This document shows positions 52,379-62,009 of a DNA stretch of 64,000 nucleotides, in pieces; position 1 is the first letter of the stretch; each line of letters opens with the position of its first letter. Made by a program: the position numbers and the translations under genes. Source of the DNA: Elainellaceae cyanobacterium (lineage in GTDB: Bacteria > Cyanobacteriota > Cyanobacteriia > CAZCXK01); contig JBNPEG010000021.1 of NCBI GenBank assembly GCA_051117555.1, forward strand, positions 63,101-127,100, in the 5' to 3' direction. The notes beneath the pieces were generated by a model. The model was not told the origin of the DNA, made no database searches, and saw only the letters and a program-made list of their open reading frames with translations.

Positions 52379-53590
52379 ATGCCAAATCAGCAGACAATTG
52401 ACTCCAAAATTGCTCACGTGAACCAGCGATTGAAGATTGCCCAACTCGGTCTACAAGTTGAACGACGCGGGCAAAAATTGAGTCTCCGGGGCACCCTCCC
52501 GCCTCGTCCTGCTAGCCATCGTTTGCACCCCTATCAACAACGAATTAGCCTGGGTCTGCCTGCAACTCTTCCGGGATTAAAGCAGGCAGAACAACAGGCA
52601 AAAGTAATTGCGGCTCATCTCATCCAAAATACGTTTGACTGGCGAGACTATTCTCCCGTTCAAGATGGTGGAAGGCTCTATCAAATGGACTTGTCACAAA
52701 AACTTCAAGCCTTTGAAGATTCATTTCTCAGAAGGTCTGATCGGACTCCTCTTGCAGCATCCGCGAAAACTACATGGGAAACAGCATATGCACCCTATTT
52801 TCGCAAGCTCGTGGCGATCGCCCATTCTAGTCCTCGCCTCAGTCTCGTCGAAGCAATTTATCAGACCATTCAAACAACCTCCCCCAATTCTCGAAGTCGT
52901 CAAGTCTGTTGTACGGCTCTCAATGCTTTTGCCCAGTTTCTTAATCTCGAACTTCCCTATGAGTTACGAGAATTCTGGGGGCACTACAGCCCACGTGATG
53001 CAAAAGCACGAGTGTTACCGTCTGATGAGGACATTCTTACAGCCTATGAGCAAATTCCTAATGCTGCCTGGAGATTTGTCTATGGGGTTATGGCAACGTA
53101 CGGACTCAGAAATCATGAAGTCTTTTTCTGCGACTATGCGGCGTTAAAACACAATCGTGAGCCCGCCATTATCGAGGTGCTCGACACCACCAAAACGGGC
53201 AACCACGAAGTTTGGCCCTTCTATCCCGAATGGGTGGATCGATTTCAATTACGAGACATCAATCTTCCCAACATTAATACCAATCTTAATCACACAACTC
53301 TGCAACGAGTTGGACAGCAAGTTAGTTGTCAATTCCGTCGATATCGTCTTCCGTTTTCACCGTATGATTTGCGCCACGCTTGGGCAGTTCGCACGATCCA
53401 TTTCGGCATCCCCGATACGGTCGCCGCTCGCATGATGGGACATTCAGTCACTATTCATACCCGTACCTATCATCGTTGGCTGACCCATCGCGACCAGCAA
53501 CACGCTGTTGAAGCAGCCCTGAGTCGCAGAGCGCAAGCCGCTGCCCCGCTCCCTTCCTCTATAACCAACCCCATCACTCCCGATTATTAA
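52379..53590 (+). CDS. Tyrosine recombinase (XisA/XisC-like site-specific integrase)
   Basis: N-terminal arm LSLRGTLPP; catalytic YGLRNHE, TKTG, YDLRHAWAVR, MGHS and HTRTY. Confidence 0.88.
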   Translation: MPNQQTIDSKIAHVNQRLKIAQLGLQVERRGQKLSLRGTLPPRPASHRLHPYQQRISLGLPATLPGLKQAEQQAKVIAAHLIQNTFDWRDYSPVQDGGRLYQMDLSQKLQAFEDSFLRRSDRTPLAASAKTTWETAYAPYFRKLVAIAHSSPRLSLVEAIYQTIQTTSPNSRSRQVCCTALNAFAQFLNLELPYELREFWGHYSPRDAKARVLPSDEDILTAYEQIPNAAWRFVYGVMATYGLRNHEVFFCDYAALKHNREPAIIEVLDTTKTGNHEVWPFYPEWVDRFQLRDINLPNINTNLNHTTLQRVGQQVSCQFRRYRLPFSPYDLRHAWAVRTIHFGIPDTVAARMMGHSVTIHTRTYHRWLTHRDQQHAVEAALSRRAQAAAPLPSSITNPITPDY

Positions 53591-53794
53591 AGGAATGATT
53601 CAAACTGGATAAGTACAGACGACACCCATCTGTGTGAGTTCTATAGCTCTACAGGTCTAGATTTGCGTCTGAATTTCCCCGCGGCTTGGGGATTCCATAT
53701 ACGTCTAATGTCCTCACGCGAGAGCGTCAGGCTATATGGGTCAGCCAACCGGAGATGCGAGGCTCTGAGCCAGACGTATAAGAGCTACATCGAG

Positions 53795-54214
53795 CTATTT
53801 TGCTGTGTTCTGCCGCTTCACCTCGTAGGTATAAAAACGCTGAAATACGCCAACCGTTTTGAATTGATAGGCTGGCAGGGAGCCATCTAGCCAGTCTATG
53901 GATAAAAGTTGGTCGACGGCTAAATCCGTCTCATAGATGCTGAGAACCCAGTAATTTTGTCTCTCTGTGTTCTCAGAAATCAGTTCTCTAATTTGAGCTT
54001 GGTTGTCGTCTATCAAAGAAACACAAGCATTTTCGAGGACATTACCGAAAATACTGGGTGCTTGGGTGCAAACGTTTGACCTTAAGTATGCGTCAAAGCG
54101 AGCGATCGCATAGTCGTCATAGGCAGTCTTATCAGGATTGGTCAGCCCCATCGCCACCCCCACTCCAACAAACGCCATGCCAAATAGATATGCGCCAATT
54201 CTGAATGGTTTCAT
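53795..54214 (-). CDS. DUF4359 family protein
   Basis: Signal/TM segment then TNP..AY..YA, C..C, TERQNY..LSIY.T and TVGVF motifs. Confidence 0.75.
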   Translation of the reverse strand: MKPFRIGAYLFGMAFVGVGVAMGLTNPDKTAYDDYAIARFDAYLRSNVCTQAPSIFGNVLENACVSLIDDNQAQIRELISENTERQNYWVLSIYETDLAVDQLLSIDWLDGSLPAYQFKTVGVFQRFYTYEVKRQNTAK

Positions 54215-54306
54215 TACTCATCTCGCTGGTATCTTAATTATCGTGAAATAATAGGACGTGATAGAGCATCGTTACTAACTCCTTGTGCTATATTGGGAAA
54301 CGCCAT

Positions 54307-54380
54307 GGCGAGCGTAGCCAAGAGGTTAAGGCAGTGGATTGTGGTTCCACCATTCGCGGGTTCGAGTCCCGTCGTTCGCC
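54307..54380 (+). tRNA. trnH: tRNA-His (anticodon GTG)
   Basis: Encoded G-1, acceptor stem GCGAGCG/CGTTCGC, anticodon arm GTGGA-TT-GTG-GT-TCCAC. Confidence 0.97.
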
Positions 54381-54589
54381 CTGAATCAGCCTCAGCCATT
54401 TGCTGAATGGTTCACACCCCCAGCTTCATTGATATCCTCTTATGAGCATTGGGTTCTTGCAATCAAGAGGATACGCACGAAGCATCCCGGTCAGCGTGCA
54501 CTCACGAAAATGTCAACCGGGTCCACCAGCAAACTGGATCTAATCAATTGAATTGAGTTATAGTTATAAATTGTGAGTTTTTTCAGATT

Positions 54590-54952
54590 ATGAACGCTCA
54601 AGAGGTTATTCGCTCAATCGAATCAGAGCAACTTAAATCAGACTTGCCGATCATCCATGTCGGCGATACGATTCGTGTTGGCGTTCGGATCCGTGAGGGT
54701 GGGAAAGAGCGCGTCCAGCCCTACGAAGGGACTGTTATCGCGATGCGTAACGGCGGCATCAACGAAACTATAACAGTTCGTCGAATCTTTCAAGGGATAG
54801 GCGTAGAAAGAGTTTTCTTACTGCATTCTCCTCGAGTTGCAAATATTAAAATTTTGCGTCGCGGTAGAGCACGGCGGGCAAAACTATACTACCTACGCAA
54901 TCGTGTAGGAAAGGCAACCCGATTGAAGCAGAGATTCGATCGCGCTCTATAA
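54590..54952 (+). CDS. rplS: 50S ribosomal protein L19
   Basis: GDTIRV...KERVQPYEG...GIGVERVF...RRAKLYYLR. Confidence 0.98.
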   Translation: MNAQEVIRSIESEQLKSDLPIIHVGDTIRVGVRIREGGKERVQPYEGTVIAMRNGGINETITVRRIFQGIGVERVFLLHSPRVANIKILRRGRARRAKLYYLRNRVGKATRLKQRFDRAL

Positions 54953-55090
54953 TCGCGCTCTGTAGAAGCTATGATCTAGACGAACGATGGTTTAGACAGT
55001 CTATTGGTTGCTGGCTGTCCCAGCGATAAAATCAATAAACTGCTAAACTAAATTGGTGAATTGGGGCAAAGTCGTCCTGTTTAGAATTGT

Positions 55091-55163
55091 GCGCTCTTAG
55101 TTCAGTTGGTAGAACGCAGGTCTCCAAAACCTGATGTCGGGGGTTCGAGTCCTCCAGGGCGCG
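55091..55163 (+). tRNA. trnW: tRNA-Trp (anticodon CCA)
   Basis: Acceptor stem GCGCTCT/AGGGCGC, anticodon arm CAGGT-CT-CCA-AA-ACCTG; usual position upstream of secE. Confidence 0.97.
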
Positions 55164-55362
55164 CTGCCAGAGTTTAGGGTGTGAGCGATCGTTTTCCAGC
55201 TCACGATGTGAAAGGGGCAACTGCTGTCTTGCCAAACAGCCCATGTTAGGTAGACTAGTCTAGTTGAGTCGTTTCATTGGATTACATGGGCGATCGCTCG
55301 TATATCATTTAGAGTTACCTATTCGGCTAATTATTTAGTGTGCCAGGGATAGAGGGGAGAAC

Positions 55363-55590
55363 GTGTCAAAGAAAAGCGAGGCAAACGTTCAAGATACTAA
55401 GAAGTCTGAATTTAATGCCGTTGAATTTTTGCGCGGTACCAAAGAAGAGCTAGATAAAGTTGTTTGGCCTAGTCGTCAGCAACTGATCAGCGAGTCCTTG
55501 GCAGTGATCTTGATGGTAGCGCTCTCTGCTAGCATCATCTATTTGGCCGACCAGTTGTTCAGTTTTGGTGCAGATCAGGTATTTCGATGA
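55363..55590 (+). CDS. secE: Preprotein translocase subunit SecE
   Basis: EELDKVVWPSR motif followed by one TM helix. Confidence 0.95.
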   Translation: MSKKSEANVQDTKKSEFNAVEFLRGTKEELDKVVWPSRQQLISESLAVILMVALSASIIYLADQLFSFGADQVFR

Positions 55591-56231
55591 CTTTTGCGTC
55601 AGACGAGCAAGATAACAGTTTTTCCATTCACGACGAAGATGACGGCGATAGCGGTTCTGTCGCCCGTTCGGCTGCCCGTTGGTATGCCGTACAGGTTGCT
55701 TCGGGATGTGAGAAAAGAGTCAAGATGAACTTGGAGCAGCGCATCGAAACCCTTGATGTCGCGAATCGCATCCTGCAGATTGAAATTCCTCAAACTCCAG
55801 TTCTAAAGCCTCAAAAAGGAGGAAAGCCCAAAGAGACGACGGAGAAAGTTTTTCCAGGATATGTCCTGATTCGAATGGCGATGGACGATGAAACCTGGCA
55901 AGTTGTCAAAAATACTCCCAACGTCATTAATTTTGTCGGTGCTGAGCAAAAGCGCCGTTATGGTCGTGGGCGAGGTCACGTAAAACCCATGCCGTTGGGG
56001 GCATCGGAAGTCGAGCGTATCTTCAAGCAAGCTCAGGAGCAAAAGCCTGTTGTCAAGGTCGATATGGCGGCTGGAGACAAGATACTTGTTCTCTCTGGTC
56101 CTTTCAAAGATTTTGAAGGTGAGGTGATTGAGGTCAGTCCAGAGCGAAGTAAGCTTAAAGCACTACTCTCCATTTTTGGTCGAGATACCCCAGTGGAATT
56201 GGAATTTAATCAAGTCGAAAAACAAAGTTAA
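55587..56231 (+). CDS. nusG: Transcription termination/antitermination factor NusG
   Basis: WYAVQVASGCE, FPGYVL, KOW motif GPFKDFEG and IFGRDTPVEL. Confidence 0.97.
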   Translation: MTFASDEQDNSFSIHDEDDGDSGSVARSAARWYAVQVASGCEKRVKMNLEQRIETLDVANRILQIEIPQTPVLKPQKGGKPKETTEKVFPGYVLIRMAMDDETWQVVKNTPNVINFVGAEQKRRYGRGRGHVKPMPLGASEVERIFKQAQEQKPVVKVDMAAGDKILVLSGPFKDFEGEVIEVSPERSKLKALLSIFGRDTPVELEFNQVEKQS

Positions 56232-56240
56232 TCAAAGTCA

Positions 56241-56666
56241 ATGGCAAAGAAGGTTGTTTCAGTTATTAAATTAGCTATTTCTGCGGGGAAGGCAAATCCT
56301 GCACCTCCTATTGGTCCTGCTCTAGGTCAGCACGGGGTGAATATCATGATGTTTTGCAAGGAATATAACGCCAGAACCGCAGATCAAGTCGGGTTGGTTA
56401 TTCCAGTTGAGATCTCCGTCTATGAAGATCGTAGCTTTACCTTTATTCTCAAAACTCCTCCTGCTTCAGTGTTGATCAAGAAAGCTGCTGGTATTGAGCG
56501 GGGCTCAGGCGAGCCAAATCTCAAAAAAGTGGGTTCAATCACGAAGGCTCAACTTCAGGAAATTGCTCAAACTAAAATGCCTGACATCAATGCAAATGAT
56601 ATTGAGGCAGCCATGAAGATTGTTGAGGGGACAGCCCGGAATATGGGAGTGACTGTTTCAGACTAG
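56241..56666 (+). CDS. rplK: 50S ribosomal protein L11
   Basis: [29 protein letters not shown]. Confidence 0.98.
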   Translation: MAKKVVSVIKLAISAGKANPAPPIGPALGQHGVNIMMFCKEYNARTADQVGLVIPVEISVYEDRSFTFILKTPPASVLIKKAAGIERGSGEPNLKKVGSITKAQLQEIAQTKMPDINANDIEAAMKIVEGTARNMGVTVSD

Positions 56667-56728
56667 AGGGGGCGATCGCCCCTCGTCTGTTTCATTACTC
56701 ATCCGTTTTTATCGTTGTAAACCACATC

Positions 56729-56766
56729 GGGGGAGAGGCGTCATGCTTCGACAGCACCCCAAGGAG
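56729..56766 (+). promoter_or_regulatory. Putative L1-binding autoregulatory RNA element before rplA
   Basis: GGGGGAG-AGGC-GTCAT-GCTT-CGACAGC-ACCCC hairpin with an asymmetric internal loop, adjoining the AAGGAG SD of rplA. Confidence 0.5.
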
Positions 56767-56774
56767 ACAAACCG

Positions 56775-57494
56775 ATGCCTAGAAAACTCTCGCGACGACT
56801 CAAAGAGTTGACTCAGATGGTCGAAGATCGACCCTATGAGCCATTAGAGGCGCTTTCATTACTGAAGCAAACCGCTACAGCCAAGTTTCCAGAATCAGCA
56901 GAAACTCATATTCGTTTAGGGATCGACCCGAAGTATACAGACCAGCAGCTCAGGACGACCGTTGCATTGCCCAAAGGCACCGGTCAAGTCGTGCGAGTGG
57001 CCGTTATTGCTAGAGGCGAAAAGGTCACTGAAGCAACTGATTCAGGAGCAGATATTTCTGGATCGGAAGAATTGATTGAAGAAATCCAGAAGGGAATGAT
57101 GGATTTTGACGTGCTAGTCGCGACACCTGATATGATGCCTAAGGTGGCGAAACTAGGACGTTTATTGGGTCCTCGCGGATTAATGCCTTCCCCCAAAGGT
57201 GGAACCGTTACCTTCGATCTTGCTCAGGCGATTAACGACTTTAAGGCAGGAAAGCTTGAGTTTCGTGCCGATCGCACCGGGATTGTCCACATCATGTTCG
57301 GCAAGGCATCATTCTCGGCAGAAGATCTGCTGATTAATCTAAAGGCGCTTCAAGAATGTATCGATCGCAATCGCCCCTCTGGTGCTAAGGGCCGTTATTG
57401 GAGAAGTGTTTACGTTGCAGCGACCATGGGACCCTCCATTGAGGTTGATATCAGTGGTCTTCGTGACCTCAAGATGTCTGAGATCGCTGCGTAA
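56775..57494 (+). CDS. rplA: 50S ribosomal protein L1
   Basis: LGIDPK..DQQLR, LPKGTG and [14 protein letters not shown]. Confidence 0.98.
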   Translation: MPRKLSRRLKELTQMVEDRPYEPLEALSLLKQTATAKFPESAETHIRLGIDPKYTDQQLRTTVALPKGTGQVVRVAVIARGEKVTEATDSGADISGSEELIEEIQKGMMDFDVLVATPDMMPKVAKLGRLLGPRGLMPSPKGGTVTFDLAQAINDFKAGKLEFRADRTGIVHIMFGKASFSAEDLLINLKALQECIDRNRPSGAKGRYWRSVYVAATMGPSIEVDISGLRDLKMSEIAA

Positions 57495-57585
57495 TACATC
57501 TGACAAGATTTTTTGTTATGCTCGCAATTCCCAGACGCGAGGCTAGGAGGGTAATCGGAGAGTTTTATTCATCCAGTTGAATAGT

Positions 57586-57636
57586 GTAAGCCGGAGATAG
57601 CAGGTGCCGGAGGCTTAATATCCTGCTGAGGTTTGC
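57586..57636 (+). promoter_or_regulatory. L10 leader (ribosomal protein L10/L12 autoregulatory RNA)
   Basis: CCGGAGATAGCAGGTG..CTTAATATCCTGCTGAGG matches the L10-leader core. A downstream GC hairpin with a T run (57735-57761) precedes rplJ. Confidence 0.75.
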
Positions 57637-57825
57637 GTTCATCCTTTTGACGTCTTCATGTTTGAACAGGGTTGGGACATCTAACCCCCATTGGGGTTAT
57701 GACCACTCAAGCATTGGGAAGTAAGGATAGCGTGACCCCGGACTCTAAGTGCGGGGTTTTTCTCTGGTTTGCTGGAGACAAAACAAGTTTGGTGTAATTC
57801 CAATGCTGAAGGAGGTGAGATAAGG

Positions 57826-58413
57826 ATGGGGAGAACGCTGGAAAACAAGAAGGAAATTGTGGAGGAGCTCAAACATCAGTTGAGTGAATCCCAATTGGCG
57901 ATCGTGATTGATTATAAAGGGCTATCAGTTGCTGAAATCACCGACCTCCGGGTGCGCCTGCGCCCGAGTGGGGCGACCTGTAAGATCACCAAAAACACGC
58001 TAATGCGGATTGCGGTTGATGGTGATTCGACATGGCAGCCGATGACTCAATTTTTGAGTGAATCCTCTGCATTTCTATTCTTGAAGGATGACTTGGGTGA
58101 AGCAATCAAAGCTTACCAGGGCTTCCAGAAAGATAGAAAAAAGACGACCCTGCGTGGCGGGGTAATGGAAGGTCGGGCACTTAGCGAAGACGAGATCAAA
58201 GCTATCACCGAATTGCCGTCCAAAGAGCAACTTATTGCTCAAATTGCTGGCGCAATCAATTCCATTCCAACCAAGTTGGCTGTTGGAACCAATGCCGTTC
58301 CAACAAAACTAGCTATCGGGATCAAGGAAGTTCCTGCTTCGTTGGGGCGTGCCATTCAAGCCGTATCTCAGAAAGAAGAGGGAACAGGTTCAGATGAATC
58401 CAAGGCCGCCTAG
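57826..58413 (+). CDS. rplJ: 50S ribosomal protein L10
   Basis: AAGGAGGTGA SD, then [19 protein letters not shown] and LPSKEQL. Confidence 0.97.
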   Translation: MGRTLENKKEIVEELKHQLSESQLAIVIDYKGLSVAEITDLRVRLRPSGATCKITKNTLMRIAVDGDSTWQPMTQFLSESSAFLFLKDDLGEAIKAYQGFQKDRKKTTLRGGVMEGRALSEDEIKAITELPSKEQLIAQIAGAINSIPTKLAVGTNAVPTKLAIGIKEVPASLGRAIQAVSQKEEGTGSDESKAA

Positions 58414-58493
58414 GATTCGGAGATTGGAGCCTTATCTAAATCCGTTGTTTTGTGTGTTAACCGTTCACGATTTATTGTATTTGGAGAAATAGT

Positions 58494-58901
58494 ATGTCAG
58501 CGAAAACCGATGAAATTTTGGAACAGCTTAAAACATTGACCTTGTTAGAAGCTTCCGAGCTCGTCAAGCAAATTGAAGAGGCTTTTGGTGTTGATGCATC
58601 CGCGCCTGCTGGCGGAGGCATGATGATGATGGCTCCCGGAATGGCTGGCGGAGGCGCTGCTGCACCGGCTGAGGAAGTTGAAGAGCAGACTGAGTTTGAT
58701 GTCGTTCTTGAAGAGGTTCCTGCCGACAAGAAGATTGCCATTCTCAAGGTCGTTCGTGCCCTCACTGGGTTAGGGCTGAAAGAAGCCAAGGATATGGTCG
58801 AGTCTGCGCCTAAAGCTATCAAGGAAGCAGTTGCCAAAGAAGCGGCTGAAGATATGAAAAAACAACTGGAAGATGCAGGCGCGAAAGTGAATGTTAAATA
58901 A
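58494..58901 (+). CDS. rplL: 50S ribosomal protein L7/L12
   Basis: [21 protein letters not shown] and TGLGLKEAK. Confidence 0.98.
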   Translation: MSAKTDEILEQLKTLTLLEASELVKQIEEAFGVDASAPAGGGMMMMAPGMAGGGAAAPAEEVEEQTEFDVVLEEVPADKKIAILKVVRALTGLGLKEAKDMVESAPKAIKEAVAKEAAEDMKKQLEDAGAKVNVK

Positions 58902-59052
58902 AAATAGATAACTAGTACAAGACGGCGGAAGTTTCATAACCTTTCATAACCACAGTGTGAGCGTCTCACTCACGCCGTGGGCAAGATGCCTGCTCTCAAA
59001 TGGTCGGCTTATTGCTGCCAAACAGTACTAGTTTAGTTTTCCAGATTTCCGT

Positions 59053-59079
59053 AGGAGCCTACATAGGCTCCTTTTTTTT
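59053..59079 (+). terminator. Rho-independent terminator of the rplJL transcript
   Basis: AGGAGCCTA-CA-TAGGCTCCT followed by a T run. Confidence 0.75.
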
Positions 59080-59245
59080 GGGATGGCGAACGTATGAATG
59101 CCCTGCTAGCGCGAAAGCATTTAGATTTTCATGGCGATCGTCCTCGGTCGCGTATTCCTTACTTTGGGGAAGCAACCGAGACGGTATGCTCGCATTGCCA
59201 AGGCAAACGAACTTCATTACACACAAGAATTTACAATTTCTCGTG

Positions 59246-59791
59246 TCAGGGCTTGATGTTAAGTAATCCCTGCTCCTTCAACTTGGGATCAAATCGAAGT
59301 GGAGTTTTTAATCCTCTATCCTGAAGAATAGCAAGAATTTCTGCTTCGACTCGGCGAGCAATCTTCTTGAGAGTCTTAGCATGATCTGTTTCATTCGTTA
59401 CGGCTTGATAGGCAGCGCGTTCTTCTGCTGTCATCTGAATTTTGATATCAATGGGCTGAGTCCATTGAGTTGCATGACTCAAATTTCCGGATGGAATTAA
59501 TCCATTTTCAGCAATCCAAGCATCACGAATAGTCTCTAAAAGCGTCCGATTGGGTTGAGACACTGTTTCAACCTTGATCCAGCAGCACTGATTGGGGCAG
59601 CGTACTAGATGTTGCTGAAGGCTCATGAAAATATCACGAGAATAGCCAACAAACTGCAAACATTTCTCTTGATCATAAATGGCATAGATGCCTACCTTGC
59701 TGGCGAATTGTTCGGGCAATTGTCCGTTCGCACTGATATAGGGAAGATAGTCTAGGGCAGCTAGGGTTGATGAGTCGGCAGAGGGGAGCAT
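59246..59791 (-). CDS. GIY-YIG nuclease family protein
   Basis: VGIYAIYD...LQFVGYSR...L.QH, similar to the plant GRXS16-type N-terminal GIY-YIG domain. Confidence 0.8.
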   Translation of the reverse strand: MLPSADSSTLAALDYLPYISANGQLPEQFASKVGIYAIYDQEKCLQFVGYSRDIFMSLQQHLVRCPNQCCWIKVETVSQPNRTLLETIRDAWIAENGLIPSGNLSHATQWTQPIDIKIQMTAEERAAYQAVTNETDHAKTLKKIARRVEAEILAILQDRGLKTPLRFDPKLKEQGLLNIKP

Positions 59792-59814
59792 GAGTCTCTA
59801 GTGGATAAATGTGA

Positions 59815-60141
59815 TCAATGTATTTTTTGATAAATGGCGCATAGGCGATTTGGCTTGAAGATTTTCGCCTTGAACATAAAATTGGGAGGCACATTGACGA
59901 TAGTGTAATCGGGAGAATCATGATACTGCTCATATTCAACCGGCATTCCTTTGGTTGCAGTTGCCGTGTAAGGAACGGGTTGAAACAGTAGTTCTGTAAA
60001 TTCGACGCGATCGCACCCTAGTTGATTACAAATCTGTTGACAAAATGCCTCGCTTTTTAACAACGCAAACAATGCGGCTTGCGCCTCAGAGTCTAGTTCA
60101 AAGCGAGCGTCAAACTGTTCAACGATTTTCAGTCGAGCCAT
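59815..60141 (-). CDS. Hypothetical protein
   Basis: 108-aa ORF with an ATG start, co-directional with and close to the GIY-YIG gene. Confidence 0.6.
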   Translation of the reverse strand: MARLKIVEQFDARFELDSEAQAALFALLKSEAFCQQICNQLGCDRVEFTELLFQPVPYTATATKGMPVEYEQYHDSPDYTIVNVPPNFMFKAKIFKPNRLCAIYQKIH

Positions 60142-60398
60142 AGTGTGTATTAGAGAACGACATTTTTTGAGCGAAATCGAGTTTTAGCGAAATCGAGCGA
60201 GATAAAACACCCCCTTTATTGAAATGTGTCTTTATCCCTCTCTAGATCAGACTATGAGATTCGAGGACACCTGTCATCCGGTGTGAAGGGCTCATCGATT
60301 AAGAATTATGGAGTGGAAACCATCTCTAGAGGGGTAGAGTGCGATCGCACTTTGATATTAAACTTAACCGTGTATATACCGTGGAGGGTAACGTTACT

Positions 60399-60878
60399 TT
60401 GCTAGACGAACAAGCCAAAAAAACGATGCTGCGAAAAATCCCTCATGGACTGTATGTCTGTGGTGTAAAGGATGGGGATGAGATCAACGGGTTTACAGTC
60501 AGTTGGTTGATGCAGTCATCATTTAAGCCTCCCCTCGTCGTCAATTGCGTGAAAAATGATTCGCGATCGCACGACATGATTAAAACCAGCGGAGTATTCT
60601 CTATCAGCTTTTTAGATGCTGGGCAGAAAGAAATTGCTCAGAAATTCTTTAAGCCCCAACGCCTAGTCGGGAATAAGTTTGAAGATGTAGAATTTCACGT
60701 TGGCGAAACGGGCTGCCCGATTGTTTCCAACTCGCTGGGATATGTCGAATGCCAGGTTGTCGGGTCTGTGGAGAAGGGAGATCACACCGTCTATGTGGGA
60801 GAGGTCATTGCTTCGGGTGTGCACCGTGAGGGAGATCCTCTTTTGCTTGAAAACACGGGCTGGCAATACGGTGGCTAG
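60399..60878 (+). CDS. Flavin reductase family protein
   Basis: GGAGG SD and TTG start; GLYVCG, SFKPP, GDHTVYVGEV and YGG motifs. Confidence 0.88.
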   Translation: MLDEQAKKTMLRKIPHGLYVCGVKDGDEINGFTVSWLMQSSFKPPLVVNCVKNDSRSHDMIKTSGVFSISFLDAGQKEIAQKFFKPQRLVGNKFEDVEFHVGETGCPIVSNSLGYVECQVVGSVEKGDHTVYVGEVIASGVHREGDPLLLENTGWQYGG

Positions 60879-60891
60879 CAACTGCTCATCT

Positions 60892-60928
60892 CGTATAGGC
60901 TTATCCCGTATAGGCTTATCCCGTATAG
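60892..60928. repeat. Tandem repeat ~2.5 x CGTATAGGCTTATCC
   Basis: 15-bp units read directly from the sequence, just after the flavin reductase stop. Confidence 0.85.
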
Positions 60929-60986
60929 ATAGTATGCATTGACTCCGAATCTTCTTGCCGTTACCTATTCTGGATATATAAAGATT

Positions 60987-61340
60987 ATGCCTCTGATTAA
61001 AGTTCAATCGTCAGTTTCTGCGGCTGACAAATCAGACATAGACACGATGCTCAAACAGTTATCTGCTCGTTTGGCAAGCCATTTGGGTAAGCCCGAATCA
61101 TACGTGATGACTGCCTTTGAACCGGATGTGCCAATGACATTTGGAGGCACTACTGATCCGACGTGTTACATCGAGATCAAGAGCGTTGGCACGATGAGCC
61201 CTACTCAAACCAAGGCAATGAGCGAAGAGTTTTGTGACGCGATTAATCAAGCGCTTGGAATTGCACCCAACCGGACCTACATCGAGTTTGCAGATGCGAA
61301 GGGCTCGATGTGGGGTTGGAATGGATCGACGTTTGGGTGA
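60987..61340 (+). CDS. MIF / phenylpyruvate tautomerase family protein
   Basis: Start MPLIKV (Pro-1 after Met removal), GKPESYVM, RTYIEF and WGWNGSTF. Confidence 0.9.
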   Translation: MPLIKVQSSVSAADKSDIDTMLKQLSARLASHLGKPESYVMTAFEPDVPMTFGGTTDPTCYIEIKSVGTMSPTQTKAMSEEFCDAINQALGIAPNRTYIEFADAKGSMWGWNGSTFG

Positions 61341-61350
61341 TTCAGATCCG

Positions 61351-62004
61351 ATGCTAAACGCGATTTTGTTTGATCTGGATGGGACGCTCGCAAACACCGA
61401 TCCCATCCATTTTCAAATCTGGAAAGATCTACTTCATGAGTATGGTTTAGACATTGACCACGCATTTTATCAGCAGCATATTAGCGGTCGGCTCAATGTT
61501 GATATTCTTCAAGATTTATTGCCCCATTTATCAGCCGATGATGGGCGCACATTTAGCGGTAATAAAGAAGCGGAGTTTCGTCGACGCGCAGCTAGGTCCT
61601 TGACTCCGCTGGCAGGGCTTATGGATTTGCTCAACTGGGTGAGCGATCGCCAACTAAAGCGCGCCGTTGTCACCAATGCGCCCCCGGATAATGCCCACTT
61701 TATGCTACAAACCCTAAACTTAGACACCGCCTTTCCGGTCGTGGTGCTCGGTGAAGCCGTTGCATCGGGAAAGCCTCACCCAATGCCCTATCAAGAGGCC
61801 ATGCGCCAGTTAGACGTAACCCCAGCAGGGTGTCTCGCATTCGAAGATTCGCCATCCGGGATACAATCAGCCGTTGGCGCGGGCATTTTAACGATTGGCG
61901 TGGCAACGACTCATGATCCCGAGACTCTTGAAAGGGCTGGAGCCACGTTAGTCGTTCACGATTTCACCGATTCGAGATTACACGAGTTGCTGAATTGGAG
62001 TTAA
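61351..62004 (+). CDS. HAD family phosphatase (beta-PGM/CbbY-like)
   Basis: FDLDGTL, VTNA, GKPHP and FEDSPSG motifs. Confidence 0.9.
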   Translation: MLNAILFDLDGTLANTDPIHFQIWKDLLHEYGLDIDHAFYQQHISGRLNVDILQDLLPHLSADDGRTFSGNKEAEFRRRAARSLTPLAGLMDLLNWVSDRQLKRAVVTNAPPDNAHFMLQTLNLDTAFPVVVLGEAVASGKPHPMPYQEAMRQLDVTPAGCLAFEDSPSGIQSAVGAGILTIGVATTHDPETLERAGATLVVHDFTDSRLHELLNWS

Positions 62005-62009
62005 GCCAG

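Noticed and set aside
52379..54380. Integrative element or prophage inserted at tRNA-His
   Set aside because: No duplicated tRNA 3' end was found and there are no phage or cargo genes; the flanks are housekeeping genes.
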